Source: Meiothermus sp.
GTDB taxonomy: Bacteria; Deinococcota; Deinococci; Deinococcales; Thermaceae
Length of the DNA stretch: 64,000 nt
Reading direction: 5' to 3'
Assembly (NCBI GenBank): GCA_033762915.1
Contig: JANRLD010000027.1
Coordinates: forward strand, 1-64,000
Shown: positions 51,157-62,855 of the stretch, piece by piece
Layout of the letters: each line of letters opens with the position of its first letter
Numbering within the stretch: the stretch's first letter is position 1
Notes under the pieces: generated by a model
Seen by the model: the letters and a program-made list of their open reading frames with translations, nothing else
Told to the model about the DNA's origin: nothing
The model's database searches: none
Program-made: the position numbers and the translations under genes

Positions 51157-51431
51157 GAGGTTGAAGGCGGAAGGCAAGTGCTCGGGAGTTGAGGAGGTGC
51201 GAGGATCAGGTTTTGACCCTTTCCGTGAACTCTGGTCACTTCAGAGGCTGAATCGCCTCGCCCCAGCCGCTCTTGTAGGGGGTGTTTGGCCGGAAAACGA
51301 TCCCAGGTTTGGGGACAGGGGTTTGAAATGAGGGTCGGCGTTTGTGTGGGCCTCGAGGGCCGCCAGGCGCTTTAGCCAAACCAACACTTCGTAGCTCGAA
51401 CGTCGGCAACACAAGGGAGGCAGGGGGTGCG

Positions 51432-52139
51432 ATGAAGCTAAACACGTTCTCGATCACGGCGCGGTGCGAACGCACGGGGCAGCTGGGGGTGGCGGTCTCG
51501 ACGGCGGTGGTGGGGGTGGGGTCGCTGTGCCCGTTTGTGCAGAGCGGGGTGGGGGCGGTTGCGACGCAGTCGTTCGTCAACCCCTACCTGGGCATCTGGG
51601 GCCTGGAGTATCTCGCCCAGGGCCACAGCGCCCAGGAGACCCTCGAGCTGCTCAAGACCCGCGACCCCGGCCTGCCGATGCGGCAGTTCGCGGTCGTGGA
51701 CACTAAGGGCGGCTCGGCGGCCTTCTCTGGCAAGGGCTGTGACGGTTGGTACGGCCACCTCACCGGCCCCAACTACGCGGTTGCGGGCAACATGCTGGTA
51801 GGGTCTGCGACCCTCGAGGCCATGCAGCAGAGCTTTGTCTCTACCGCCGACCTCTCCCTCGCCGAGCGGCTGCTGCGGGCCCTCGACGCGGGCCAGAAGG
51901 CCGGCGGCGACAAGCGCGGCAAGCAGTCGGCGGCCCTCAAGGTCTACTCTACCGAGCAGTACCCGCTGCTCGAGCTGCGCGTCGACGAGCACCCCGACCC
52001 CGTAACCGAGCTCTTGCGCGTCTACGGCGTCGCCGAGCAAAACCTGATCCCCTTGCTGGGCATGCTCCCCACCCTTGCCAACCCGGCCGGGGCCTTCGAC
52101 CTCGAGGACGCCAGACGGAGGGGGCTGTTGCAGGACTGA
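51432..52139 (+). CDS. DUF1028 (Ntn-hydrolase-like) protein
   Basis: TFSITAR, GAVATQS, AGNML, GGDKRGKQSAAL, LRVDEHPDP. Confidence 0.85.
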   Translation: MKLNTFSITARCERTGQLGVAVSTAVVGVGSLCPFVQSGVGAVATQSFVNPYLGIWGLEYLAQGHSAQETLELLKTRDPGLPMRQFAVVDTKGGSAAFSGKGCDGWYGHLTGPNYAVAGNMLVGSATLEAMQQSFVSTADLSLAERLLRALDAGQKAGGDKRGKQSAALKVYSTEQYPLLELRVDEHPDPVTELLRVYGVAEQNLIPLLGMLPTLANPAGAFDLEDARRRGLLQD

Positions 52140-52308
52140 AGTGGGCCGTATGCCGCGAGCCCAGGCTTACGGCTAAGGACAGAGGGCGGAGGGCGGTTTT
52201 TCTGTTGGGCAAACGAGTCCGAAGGTTGTCCGCTCTGCGGCTTTCGAGCGTCGGTTGAACTCAGTTTTTCGCCACACACGTGCGTCTGAGGCAAAGAGGA
52301 GGCAAGGA

Positions 52309-53856
52309 ATGAAGAAACTGTTGTTGGCTCTGGTTTTAGCTCTGCTGGCGGCCCCCGCGCTTGCGCAGGGGCGGCTGGTGGTCGGTTACGAGGCCGACGC
52401 GACCTCGCTCGACCCCGGGCAGGTGACGGACATCAACTCGATGCACGTCCTGACCCAGATGTACGAGACGCTGGTCACGCTTGGCCCCAACGGCACCATC
52501 CGGCCCGGCCTGGCCACCCGCTGGACCATCTCGCCCGACGGCCTGACCTACACCTTCACCCTGCGCACCAACGCCCGTTTCTCCAACGGCGACCCGGTGA
52601 ACGCCCAGGCCGTCGAGTTTAGCTTCATGCGCCAGCTCGACGAGAAACACCCCGGAGCCCAGTTCGGGCCTTTCCCCTTCGGTGGCTTTTTTTACGGTTC
52701 GGTGGAGAGCGTGCGCGCCACCAACCCCACCACCGTCACCTTCCGACTCAAGTCGCCCAACTACGCCCTGCTCAACGCCCTCACGGTGATGACCGGCGCA
52801 GTCGTCAATCCCAAAGTCGCTGCCGCCGAGGGCAAGAACTTCGCCCTCAAGGGCGGTGGCAGCGGGCCGTACATGCTCGAGCGCTGGACCCGCGGGGGCC
52901 AACTCATCCTCCAGCGCAACCCGCGCTTCGCGGGCACTGCGGGGCGGGTGGCGCAGATTGTCTTCGTCCCCCTCGTTCAGCCGGCCCAGCGCACGGTGGC
53001 CCTGCAGAGCGGTACCGTTGACCTGGTCATCAACCCGCCGCCCGAGAACCTGGCCGCGCTGCGCAGTGCCAACTTCACCATCGCCGACGCACCTGGCCCG
53101 CACGTCTGGTGGGTGGGGATGAACCTTTCCAAGCCGCCCTTTGACAACAAGCTGGTGCGCCAGGCCCTCAACTACGCCATCGACCGCAACGCCATCACCA
53201 ACGGTATCCTCTTCGGCACCGGCGTCCCCTCCAACCAGCCGCTGGCCCCCGGCACCCTGGGCCACAGCCCCAACGCCACCAACTACACCTACAACCCCCA
53301 GAAGGCCAAGGAATTGCTGGCTCAGGCGGGTTTCCCCAACGGCTTCAGCGCGACCTTCCTGGTGCCCACCTCGGGGTCGGGGATGCAGAGCCCGGTGGCG
53401 ATGGGTACCGCCTTGCAGGCCTATTGGCAGGCCATCGGAGTGCGCGTGAACATCCAGCAGCTCGACTGGGGCACCTTCTTGGGCCGCATCGCGCAGGGGG
53501 CCAACGAGGGCAACCTCGAGATGTGGCAGCTCTCCTGGATGAACTCCTCACTCGACCCCTCTCTGGTGATGGGGCCGCTGCTGGCCTCCTCGTCTTTCCC
53601 CCCCGGCTTTAACACCGGCTTTTACAAGAACGAAGAGGCCGACAAGCTGATCGCCCAGGGCCTCACCGAGCGCGACACCGCCAAGCGCCGCGACATCTAC
53701 CAGCGGGCCTCCAACATCATCAGCGACGACGCGGCCTGGGTCTTCGTGGACCACGCAAAGCAGGTGGTGGCCTACAACCCGCGTAAGATCAGCAGCTTCG
53801 CCCTCGACCCCATCTTCCCCTTCCTGCTGAAGCTCTGGAACACCACGGTCAGGTAA
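52309..53856 (+). CDS. Family 5 ABC substrate-binding protein (DppA-like)
   Basis: Signal peptide, SLDPG, YETLV, GSGPY, VRQALNYAIDR; GGAGG RBS. Confidence 0.9.
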   Translation: MKKLLLALVLALLAAPALAQGRLVVGYEADATSLDPGQVTDINSMHVLTQMYETLVTLGPNGTIRPGLATRWTISPDGLTYTFTLRTNARFSNGDPVNAQAVEFSFMRQLDEKHPGAQFGPFPFGGFFYGSVESVRATNPTTVTFRLKSPNYALLNALTVMTGAVVNPKVAAAEGKNFALKGGGSGPYMLERWTRGGQLILQRNPRFAGTAGRVAQIVFVPLVQPAQRTVALQSGTVDLVINPPPENLAALRSANFTIADAPGPHVWWVGMNLSKPPFDNKLVRQALNYAIDRNAITNGILFGTGVPSNQPLAPGTLGHSPNATNYTYNPQKAKELLAQAGFPNGFSATFLVPTSGSGMQSPVAMGTALQAYWQAIGVRVNIQQLDWGTFLGRIAQGANEGNLEMWQLSWMNSSLDPSLVMGPLLASSSFPPGFNTGFYKNEEADKLIAQGLTERDTAKRRDIYQRASNIISDDAAWVFVDHAKQVVAYNPRKISSFALDPIFPFLLKLWNTTVR

Positions 53857-53934
53857 GGTCCGTAGACCTCGCGCCCTCCCTCGAGCGCTCTGCGCCGGGG
53901 GAGGGATTTTTCTGTCCCCTGACCGGAGACCACA

Positions 53935-54113
53935 AACCGGATTTCAACCCATGCTCTGCGAAAACTTAAGGTTCGGAATGCTCGGTGCGCAGATGTTTTC
54001 CGTAAGGGAACATTTCGGTGCTCCGTCCTTTGCCGCAAACGGCAATCAAGGCTAGAGTTCCCTCCCATGTTTTCGGGGTGCGGTGCAACGGGAATCAATC
54101 TGCCAGGAGCCGT
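53935..54113 (+). repeat. Dispersed small repeat family C, copy 3 with extra module
   Basis: AACCGGATTTCAACCCATGCTCTGC and TGTTTTCGGGGTGCGGTGC blocks separated by an insert. Confidence 0.55.
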
Positions 54114-54169
54114 AGGGTTTCTCGCTGTCCTGGAGCCAGACCACGGCCCGATCGGCTAGACTGGGGACA

Positions 54170-54754
54170 GTGAAAGCCAGACTCTTCCTCACCTTCCAGC
54201 AAATCGGCGCCGACCTCTTTGCCGGCAGCCTGGCCTCGGCGACCTCGGGCAACTACTCGGCCCGCACCAAGGACGGTCTCTATATCACCCGCTCAGGCGC
54301 CCAGAAGGCCCGCCTGGCGCCGGAGGACGTGCTGCTGCTGCCCTTAGAGCCCAACCCCGAGAAGGACGCTGCGGCCTCGGTCGAGCGCATCATCCATCGC
54401 GCCGTCTACCGCCAGACCGACGCCACCGCGGTGGTGCACGCCCACCCCCGCCACGCTATCGCGCTGTCGTTCCACCTCGAGCAGATTGTCCCAATCGACC
54501 TCGAGGGCCTGTACTACTTTCCCTACATCCCGGTGTTGGCCCCCAAGACCGTCTCCGCCACCGAGGAGGCCGCCAACGCCGTCGCGGAAGCCCTGAAGAA
54601 CCATCCCGCCTGCGTGGTGCGTGGCCACGGGGCCTTCATCAAGGGTACCGAGAAAAGCCCCGAGGACGCGCTGCTCAAGGCCTATTCGCTAATGACCAGC
54701 CTCGAGGAGGCTTGCGAAGTACTGTGGCTCGAGCGGGTCTGGAGCCGAACCTAG
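54170..54754 (+). CDS. Class II aldolase/adducin family (fuculose-1-phosphate aldolase-like)
   Basis: SGNYS, ASVERIIH, VHAHP, RGHG. Confidence 0.85.
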   Translation: MKARLFLTFQQIGADLFAGSLASATSGNYSARTKDGLYITRSGAQKARLAPEDVLLLPLEPNPEKDAAASVERIIHRAVYRQTDATAVVHAHPRHAIALSFHLEQIVPIDLEGLYYFPYIPVLAPKTVSATEEAANAVAEALKNHPACVVRGHGAFIKGTEKSPEDALLKAYSLMTSLEEACEVLWLERVWSRT

Positions 54755-54871
54755 AGCCATAGTGCCTCCCCGAAGTGGGCGTCTCGAGGAGGCCTGCGAA
54801 GTGATGTGGCTCGAGCGGGTCTGGAGCCGGAAGTAAATCGGTAAAGCCTCCCCGAAGTAGGCGTCTCGAGG
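54701..54871 (+). repeat. Two 82-bp tandem units duplicating the aldolase 3' end
   Basis: CTCGAG at 54701, 54783 and 54865; the units are similar but diverged. Confidence 0.9.
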
Positions 54872-55080
54872 TGGTCTTAAGCTACTCAGGACGCGGGTTT
54901 GCTGAGTAAACGGGGCTGGCTGAGACCCTCGAACCCGACCCGCTGTTTGTTGGTAGTTTTTAGCCTCGCCCGATGGCCCGCCTGCCTAACTGGAACTGCT
55001 GACCTTTTGCCGCAGTGTGGGCAGAGCAATGCCACTGGTTCTGATGTACAACGCACGAGACACGACTTATCCCAAACGCC

Positions 55081-56961
55081 TCACTCCTCGAGCGTGCTCA
55101 AGTCCCCCGCGTCCTTGCCCATCTCCTGGGCCCGCAGCAATCGGCGCAGGATCTTGCCGCTTCGGGTCTTGGGCAGCTTGTCCAGCAGCACCAGCTCGCC
55201 GGGGGTGGCGATGGGGCCGAGCTCGTGGCGGACGTGGGCCACGATAGAGCCCTTGAGGGCCTCGGACTTCTCCTGCCCGGCCCGCAGTACCACAAAGGCC
55301 TTGATGTTCTCGCCCTTGATGGGGTCGGGCACCCCGATCACGGCGGCCTCGGCCACGGCAGGATGGGAGACCAAGGCGCTCTCGACGTCGGCGGTGCCGA
55401 TGCGGTGTCCGGCCACGTTAAGCACGTCGTCGGCGCGGCCCAGAACCGTGAAGTAGCCGTCCGGGCTGCGGCTGGCCACGTCGCCGGCGGCGTAGAGCTG
55501 GCCAGGGATCTCGGTCCAGTACTGGGTGTAGCGGGCGTGGTTGCCCCAGACGGTTCGCATCATGTGGGGGAAGGGGCGGCGCAGCGCCAGCAGGCCCCCC
55601 GAGCCGGAGGGCACCTCGTGGCCCTCGGCGTCCACCACCAGCGCCTCCACGCCGGGGAGGGCCGGGCCGACCTGGCCGGGTCTGGCGTCGAGGGTCAGCG
55701 GGGTGCCCAGGGTGGGGCCGCCCAACTCGGTCTGCCACCAGTTGTCGGTCACGAAGCCGCGCCGCCCGCCGTCCATCAGGTGCTCCACCGCCCAGTTCCA
55801 GGCCTCGGGGTTGAGGGGCTCGCCCGCCACCCCGATGAAGCGTAGGCTCGAGAGGTCGGCCTTGGCGGGGTGCTCGGGACCGAACTTCATGAACATCCGC
55901 ACCGCCGTGGGGGCGGTGAACATCACGTTAACCCGGTGCTTTTCGACCAGCCGCCACAGCACGCCGGGGTCGGGGTAGTCCGGAGCGCCCTCGCGCAGCA
56001 CGCTGGTCAGGCCCTCGAGCAGCGGCGCGTAGACGATATAGTTGTGACCCACGATCCAGCCGATGTCCGAGGTAGCCCAGAACACGTCGCCATCCTTGGT
56101 GTCGAAGAAGCTGCGCAGGTGGTAGGCGCTGCCCACCATCAGCCCGCCGTGCACGTGCACCACCCCCTTGGGCTTGCCAGTGGAACCGGAGGTATAGAGG
56201 ATGTAGAGCGGGTGCTCGGCGTCCACTGGCACCGCCTCGGCCTCGGGCGGGGAGTCCCACTGAAGGCGCTGGAAGTCGTGGTAATGGGGGAGGCTCGTGT
56301 GGGGGTTGTGGCGCTTGAACCAGACCACCGGCAGCTCGAGGCCCTCTAGTGCCCCGGTTACGATGCTTTCCAGGTCAACTGCCTTGCCCCTCCGGTAGCT
56401 CACATCCCCCGCGATCACCAACTTGGCCCCCGCATCCAAGATACGCTCGCGCAACGCCGTTACCCCCAGCCCCGCGTATACCACCGAGTGAACGGCCCCC
56501 AGCCGGGCGCAGGCCAGCATGGCGACACAGCCCTCGAGGGTCAGGGGCATGTAGATCACCACGCGGTCGCCCAGCCCGACCCCCAGGCTGCGCAGCCCGG
56601 TGGCGAACCTCGAGACCCGCTCTAGCAGCTCGGCGTAGGTCAGCTTCTGCTCGGCCCCGTCTTCGCCGATAAATACCAGCGCGGCCTGGTCACCCCGGCC
56701 CGCCAACACGTGCCGGTCGAGGGCGTTGTAGCAGAGGTTGGTGGTGCCGCCCAGGAACCACTTGTGGTCGGGAAAGTTCCACTCGAGCACCCGGTCGAAG
56801 GGGGTGAACCAGTGGAACCGGCCCGCCTCTCGGCCCCAGAAAGCCTCGGCGTCGAGGCTGAAGGCATACTCGGCCGCGAAGTCGGTCAGGTTGGCGGAGC
56901 GGCGCTGGGCTTCGGGCGCATGGTGGCGCTGGTCGGACTTGAGGAGTTGCTCGAGTTCCAT
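55081..56961 (-). CDS. acs: Acetyl-CoA synthetase
   Basis: YTSGSTGKPKG, AGEPLNPEAW, WWQTE, LPKTRSGKILRR. Confidence 0.9.
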   Translation of the reverse strand: MELEQLLKSDQRHHAPEAQRRSANLTDFAAEYAFSLDAEAFWGREAGRFHWFTPFDRVLEWNFPDHKWFLGGTTNLCYNALDRHVLAGRGDQAALVFIGEDGAEQKLTYAELLERVSRFATGLRSLGVGLGDRVVIYMPLTLEGCVAMLACARLGAVHSVVYAGLGVTALRERILDAGAKLVIAGDVSYRRGKAVDLESIVTGALEGLELPVVWFKRHNPHTSLPHYHDFQRLQWDSPPEAEAVPVDAEHPLYILYTSGSTGKPKGVVHVHGGLMVGSAYHLRSFFDTKDGDVFWATSDIGWIVGHNYIVYAPLLEGLTSVLREGAPDYPDPGVLWRLVEKHRVNVMFTAPTAVRMFMKFGPEHPAKADLSSLRFIGVAGEPLNPEAWNWAVEHLMDGGRRGFVTDNWWQTELGGPTLGTPLTLDARPGQVGPALPGVEALVVDAEGHEVPSGSGGLLALRRPFPHMMRTVWGNHARYTQYWTEIPGQLYAAGDVASRSPDGYFTVLGRADDVLNVAGHRIGTADVESALVSHPAVAEAAVIGVPDPIKGENIKAFVVLRAGQEKSEALKGSIVAHVRHELGPIATPGELVLLDKLPKTRSGKILRRLLRAQEMGKDAGDLSTLEE

Positions 56962-57206
56962 AGGTCACCCTTGTGTACTTCCTGCCTAGGCTATTGCGTC
57001 GGCTCGTCTCGAGTCCAGTCCCCATATGTCCCGGGCGCCGCTTTTCGGGTGGGGAGGTTGTTTTCACGCCAGTAGTGCGACCAAGTCTGGAGCCTTCAGC
57101 CCTAGCGGTTCGCGCGGGTTGGCTTCGGGGCTGAGCCAAACCTGCTGGGCTGGGGGGTGGACTTCTGGCCGAAATGGGTAATTATGGCCGGGTGGGAGAG
57201 GCCGGT

Positions 57207-58328
57207 ATGCCCAGAGTCACCCAGACCAATATCCCGCAGGGCGTGATAGACCTCGGTGTTGGGCATCCGGGCCTCGAGCTGCTGCCCCTCGACGAGCTGC
57301 GCCAAGCCGCCCTACGCCGCCTCGAGCAGCCCGACCGAGAGTACCTGCAGTACGGCGCCGAGATGGGCGACGGGTTCTTCTTGTTGGAGCTGGCGCAGTT
57401 CCTGAGCCGACACTACGGCTCTGCGGTGGAGCCCGAGCAATTGCTCGCCACTGGCGGCATCTCGCAGGCCATAGACCTCGCCTGCACGGCCTTTACCAGG
57501 CCCGGCGACACCATCCTGGTCGAAGAGCCCACCTACTTCCTGGTGCTGCAAATCTTTCGCGACCACGGCCTTAACGTTGTGGGCATCCCGACCGATGCGG
57601 GTGGGCTGAGCCTCGAGGCCCTCGAGCAAGCGCTCCAGACCCACCGGCCACGGCTGATCTACACCATCCCCACCTTTCAGAACCCAACCGGAGCGACCCA
57701 GGGACTTAATCGCCGGAAAAGACTGGTCGAACTCAGCCAGGAACACGGCTTCCTGATCCTGGCCGATGAGGTCTATCAGCTGCTCCACTACGGCGGGGCA
57801 CCGCCCCCGCCGCTGGCGAACTGGGCCGACGGCGGCACGGTGGTCAGCCTGGGTTCGTTCTCTAAGATTCTGGCCCCGGGGCTGCGGCTGGGCTGGGTGC
57901 AGGCTGCGCCACGGCACCTTCGGCGCTTGGCCGAGGTCGGGGTGATCGCCAGCGGCGGCGGGCTCAACCCCTTCACCTCAGCGGTCGTGCGCAGCGCCCT
58001 CGAGCTCGGTCTGCAAGAGGTCCACCTGACAAAACTGCGCGACGAGTACCGTGCCCGCTCGAGCGCGATGGCAGAGGCCCTCCAGCGCCACCTTCCCGGC
58101 CTGGACTTCCACACACCGGGCGGGGGGTACTTCATCTGGCTCGAGGTGCCCGCCGACACCTCGGAGCTGCTGCCCAAGGCGATGGCGGCGGGGGTTCGCT
58201 TCCAGCCAGGGGTCAAGTTCTCGAGCGTTGGCGGCCTGCGCAATGCCCTGCGGCTGTGTTTCGCTTACTACCCCCCGGAGCAGTTGCGGGAGGGCGTGCA
58301 GCGACTCGCACACGTCCTCGAGCGGTGA
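57207..58328 (+). CDS. PLP-dependent aminotransferase (LysN/MocR-catalytic-domain type)
   Basis: EEPTY, FQNPTG, ADEVY, SFSKILAPGLRLGW. Confidence 0.9.
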   Translation: MPRVTQTNIPQGVIDLGVGHPGLELLPLDELRQAALRRLEQPDREYLQYGAEMGDGFFLLELAQFLSRHYGSAVEPEQLLATGGISQAIDLACTAFTRPGDTILVEEPTYFLVLQIFRDHGLNVVGIPTDAGGLSLEALEQALQTHRPRLIYTIPTFQNPTGATQGLNRRKRLVELSQEHGFLILADEVYQLLHYGGAPPPPLANWADGGTVVSLGSFSKILAPGLRLGWVQAAPRHLRRLAEVGVIASGGGLNPFTSAVVRSALELGLQEVHLTKLRDEYRARSSAMAEALQRHLPGLDFHTPGGGYFIWLEVPADTSELLPKAMAAGVRFQPGVKFSSVGGLRNALRLCFAYYPPEQLREGVQRLAHVLER

Positions 58329-58416
58329 CGGCTGATTGCCAGATATCGCTGGGATGGGCGGCTCATAGAAGAGTCCGGTTGGTCTTGCTTTTCCGGCTTT
58401 ACGGACGCTGGGGCCG

Positions 58417-58432
58417 TAAGTTGCGCCGGGGT
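58417..58432 (-). repeat. Isolated family A terminus (reverse orientation)
   Basis: TAAGTTGCGCCGGGGT is the exact reverse complement of 10872-10887. Confidence 0.6.
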
Positions 58433-58927
58433 CTTGAAACTGTCGAATGCCCCGAAACGTACCCCCGGTGCAACCACTTGTGCAAGCACGGGCCTACTCC
58501 CCTTCGGGCGTTTCAGGGAGGCATCTGCGTCTCAATCCGGGATACGTCTGGGCAGGGCTGTAACCGGGCGGTGGCCAGAGTCAGACCCCTGCGGGGCCGC
58601 CTGGAACGCGCTTGTTACCCCAGATTGTGCCCTCGAGAACGGCGTTTTTTGGTTCATCGGACCTAAAACCCGTAACACCATCGCCCGCTTCACGCAACGA
58701 ACGCCCCGTTTGGCGTGACGGACTCGAGACCGGGGCCGGGTATGACGGCTGTGTGGCTCGATTCTCCCGCGTAATGGCCGGGGTCACGGCCAAAAATTCG
58801 TGCCGTTATTCACCCATTTCGGCCACGTTATGCCGTTATAAGCCGGTTTCGGCCTGAGATTTTTCCTATCATGGGTTCAGCAGGTTCGCTCTTCGTCTTT
58901 TCGTCTTGTGTCTTAGGAGCTTTCGTC

Positions 58928-60007
<1,080 letters not shown>

Positions 60008-60155
60008 CCAAGCGGTAGGCGAGCGGCGGCTAGCGGTTGGCCAAGGCTCACAGACCAGCAGCCCACGCCTGACGGCCAACGGCCAGCAAAACTCACACAC
60101 ATCGAATGGCACTGACGTTTGGACACCGCATACCACCTACTATCGGAGATTGCGC

Positions 60156-60965
60156 ATGATTAACCAAGGCAAAAAGAACGTCCTGGGCGTGCTGGTGGAT
60201 GCAGTGGACTACCGCGCCGCCGTCACCGGAGTCGTCCAGGCGGCCAAGCACAAGCGGCCCTACGCGCTCACCGCGCTGGCGGTTCACGGCGTGATGACCG
60301 GCGTAGGCGACCCCGAGCACCGCTACCGGCTGAACCAGTTCGACATGGTCACACCAGATGGACAGCCGGTGCGCTGGGCATTGAATCTTTTGCATGGCGT
60401 GGGTTTGAAGCAGCGCGTCTACGGGCCGAACCTGACCCTAGAAGTCTGCCGTGCCGCCGCCGCCGAGGGCCTGCCGGTCTATTTTTATGGCAGCAAGCCG
60501 GAGGTCCTGGAGAGCCTTACCCGCCGCCTGAAAGAGCAGTTCCCCAGCCTCAAAATTGCCGGCGCGGAGCCTTCCAAGTTCCGCCAGACCACCTTCGAGG
60601 AGAAAGTCGAGATCGCCCAGAAGATCAAGAAGTCGGGTGCCCGAATCGTCTTCGTTGGCCTGGGCTGCCCCCGCCAGGAAGTCTTCGCCTACGAGTACCG
60701 CAACCTGATTGGACTGCCCCTGCTGGCCGTCGGCGCGGCCTTCGACTACCACGCCGGGCTGGTGGATGAGCCCCCCCTGTGGATGCAGAACGCGGGGCTG
60801 CAGTGGCTTTATCGGCTTACCCAGCAGCCCAGCCGGCTCTGGCAGCGCTACGTGCTGCTGAACCCCGCCTACCTGGCCCTCCTGCTGGCCCAGTGGCTGC
60901 GCCTCTGGCACCCCAACCCCGAGCGCGGCGTGACCCCACCCAGCGCGGAGAAGCGATTTGGCTAG
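60156..60965 (+). CDS. WecB/TagA/CpsF family glycosyltransferase
   Basis: [31 protein letters not shown]. Confidence 0.9.
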   Translation: MINQGKKNVLGVLVDAVDYRAAVTGVVQAAKHKRPYALTALAVHGVMTGVGDPEHRYRLNQFDMVTPDGQPVRWALNLLHGVGLKQRVYGPNLTLEVCRAAAAEGLPVYFYGSKPEVLESLTRRLKEQFPSLKIAGAEPSKFRQTTFEEKVEIAQKIKKSGARIVFVGLGCPRQEVFAYEYRNLIGLPLLAVGAAFDYHAGLVDEPPLWMQNAGLQWLYRLTQQPSRLWQRYVLLNPAYLALLLAQWLRLWHPNPERGVTPPSAEKRFG

Positions 60966-61105
60966 GGCCGGGGAACTGACCCGACGAACCGGAGCGGGGG
61001 GTAGGGAAGTGGGTCAGAACAGTCAAGCAACTTCCCTCCGCTCTGCTCCCGCCTTCTGACTTGCCAGACATCCGCCGATCGCCGCTTATACCCCTGTCGA
61101 GGAAA

Positions 61106-62566
61106 ATGATGGCGCAAAAAGGTCTCACCCTCCCCGTCTCCCCCAGCTCGAGCCGAGCACGTCTAGCGCCGCCCCGCTGGGTGCCGTGGTTTTTGTGGAC
61201 CGCGGACGTGATCGCGCTCGAGCTGGCCCTCTTGCTGGCGATGGGGATTCGGGTGCTGGTGAGTCCGATCTGGCCCTTTACCCTCGAGGCCAGCGTCTAC
61301 TCCTCGTTGGCCCTGGCGATGGTGGTGATGCCGCTGGGCTACGCGGTGTGGAGCCTCTACCCCGGCTACGGCACCCACCCCGTCGAGCGGATGCGCCGCA
61401 CCCTCTTAATCACCGCCGCGCTGTTCCTCTGCGTGCTGGCCTGGAGCTTCCTGATGGGCAGTGAAACCACCTCGAGGGGCATCCTCACCCTGACCGGGCT
61501 GCTGGCCCTAGGGCTGGTGCCGGTCTTCGGGGCGCTGGCGCGGGAAACCCTGGTCAGATTGGGTTACTGGGGCGTGCCGGTGGTCATCCTGGGTGCGGGC
61601 GTAAGCGGGGCTATCTTGGCCCGCTCGCTGAAAAACGAGCGCTACTTGGGCCTGATGCCGGTCGGCTTCCTCGACGACGATCCTGCCAAGCAGGGGCAGG
61701 ACGTCGAGGGGCTGCCGGTGCTGGGGCGGCTCGAGCGGGCCGAGGCCCTCAGCCAGATGGGGGTCAGCGAGGCCCTGGTGACGATGCCCAGCCTTTCGCG
61801 CAAGGGCCTGAGCGACCTGGTGGCTGGGCTGCCCTTCCTCAACATCGTGGTGGTTCCCGACCTGACCCATGAGGTCATCCCCTGGTCGCTGGTGCGCGAG
61901 CTGGGGCTGGTTCACGGCGTGATGCTGCGTAAGAACCTGCTGCTGCCACGCAACCAGCGGGTTAAGCTCTGGCTTGACCGGCTGCTGGGCTGGCCCATGT
62001 TTCTAGCCGCGCTTCCGATCATCGCCCTCTCCGCCCTGTTGGTGCGGCTGGTCAGCCCCGGCTCACCCTTTTACGCCCAGATGCGCGAGGGCAAGGACGG
62101 CCTGCCGATCCCGGTCTGGAAGCTCCGCACCATGTACCCCGACGCCCAAGCCCGCCTCGAGCGCTACCTGGCCGAGAACCCCGCCGCCCGCGCCGAGTGG
62201 GAGCGCAGCTTCAAGCTCCGTCACGACCCTCGCGTACTGCCCGGGGTAGGCCATTTCCTGCGCAAGACCTCCCTCGATGAGCTGCCCCAGCTCTATAACG
62301 TGGTGGTTGGCCAGATGAGCCTGGTTGGGCCGCGCCCCTTTCCCGAGTATCACCTCGAGAAGTTCCCCGAGGAGTTCCGCCGTCTGCGCCACTCTGTCCT
62401 CCCCGGCGTGACCGGCTTCTGGCAGGTCTGGGCGCGCTCCGACTCTGACCTCCAGCTCCAGGAGGCCCTCGACACCTACTACATCCGCAACTGGTCCCCC
62501 TGGTTGGACCTGTACCTTCTAGCCCGGACGGTCGTGACCGTGCTGCGTGGCCGGGGGGCATACTGA
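61106..62566 (+). CDS. wbaP: Undecaprenyl-phosphate sugar phosphotransferase (WbaP type)
   Basis: N-terminal TMs, GFLDDD, KLRTM, DPRV, LRKTSLDELPQ, MSLVGPRP, YYIRNWS. Confidence 0.85.
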   Translation: MMAQKGLTLPVSPSSSRARLAPPRWVPWFLWTADVIALELALLLAMGIRVLVSPIWPFTLEASVYSSLALAMVVMPLGYAVWSLYPGYGTHPVERMRRTLLITAALFLCVLAWSFLMGSETTSRGILTLTGLLALGLVPVFGALARETLVRLGYWGVPVVILGAGVSGAILARSLKNERYLGLMPVGFLDDDPAKQGQDVEGLPVLGRLERAEALSQMGVSEALVTMPSLSRKGLSDLVAGLPFLNIVVVPDLTHEVIPWSLVRELGLVHGVMLRKNLLLPRNQRVKLWLDRLLGWPMFLAALPIIALSALLVRLVSPGSPFYAQMREGKDGLPIPVWKLRTMYPDAQARLERYLAENPAARAEWERSFKLRHDPRVLPGVGHFLRKTSLDELPQLYNVVVGQMSLVGPRPFPEYHLEKFPEEFRRLRHSVLPGVTGFWQVWARSDSDLQLQEALDTYYIRNWSPWLDLYLLARTVVTVLRGRGAY

Positions 62567-62652
62567 GAGCGGTTCCACGCGCACCTACTGCGGTCTGCTG
62601 AAGCGAGTCCATTACCTGCCGCGGCGAGGGAGGTAAGGGTGGGAAACGCCAC
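62564..62652 (-). repeat. Dispersed small repeat family B copy (reverse) starting at the wbaP stop
   Basis: CATTACCTGCCGCGGCGAGGGAGGTAAGGGTGGGAAACGC is a reverse-complement homolog of 26214-26254. Confidence 0.7.
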
Positions 62653-62855
62653 GAGAGCGGACTTGGCCAATAGTTCGTGCGTCTGGCGGCCCGATCTGCT
62701 GGAAACTCGAGGGTACCAGCCAGCGTGGTGCGGGAAAACCCGACAGCCGGACACCAGCGCCATCTACCCATTTCCTCTTTCCCGTTACCCTTTCCGTAAC
62801 CCAATGGTCATGCATCACATGTTGCCGACGGCTGGCCGTTTAAGCTGTTGACGAA

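Noticed and set aside
54701..54871. Tandem repeat as a CRISPR array
   Set aside because: Only two units, no unique spacers, derived from a coding 3' end, and no cas genes.
58801..58839. TGCCGTTAT direct repeat 30 bp apart upstream of the EPS cluster
   Set aside because: Only two 9-mers; too weak to call a binding site without comparative data.
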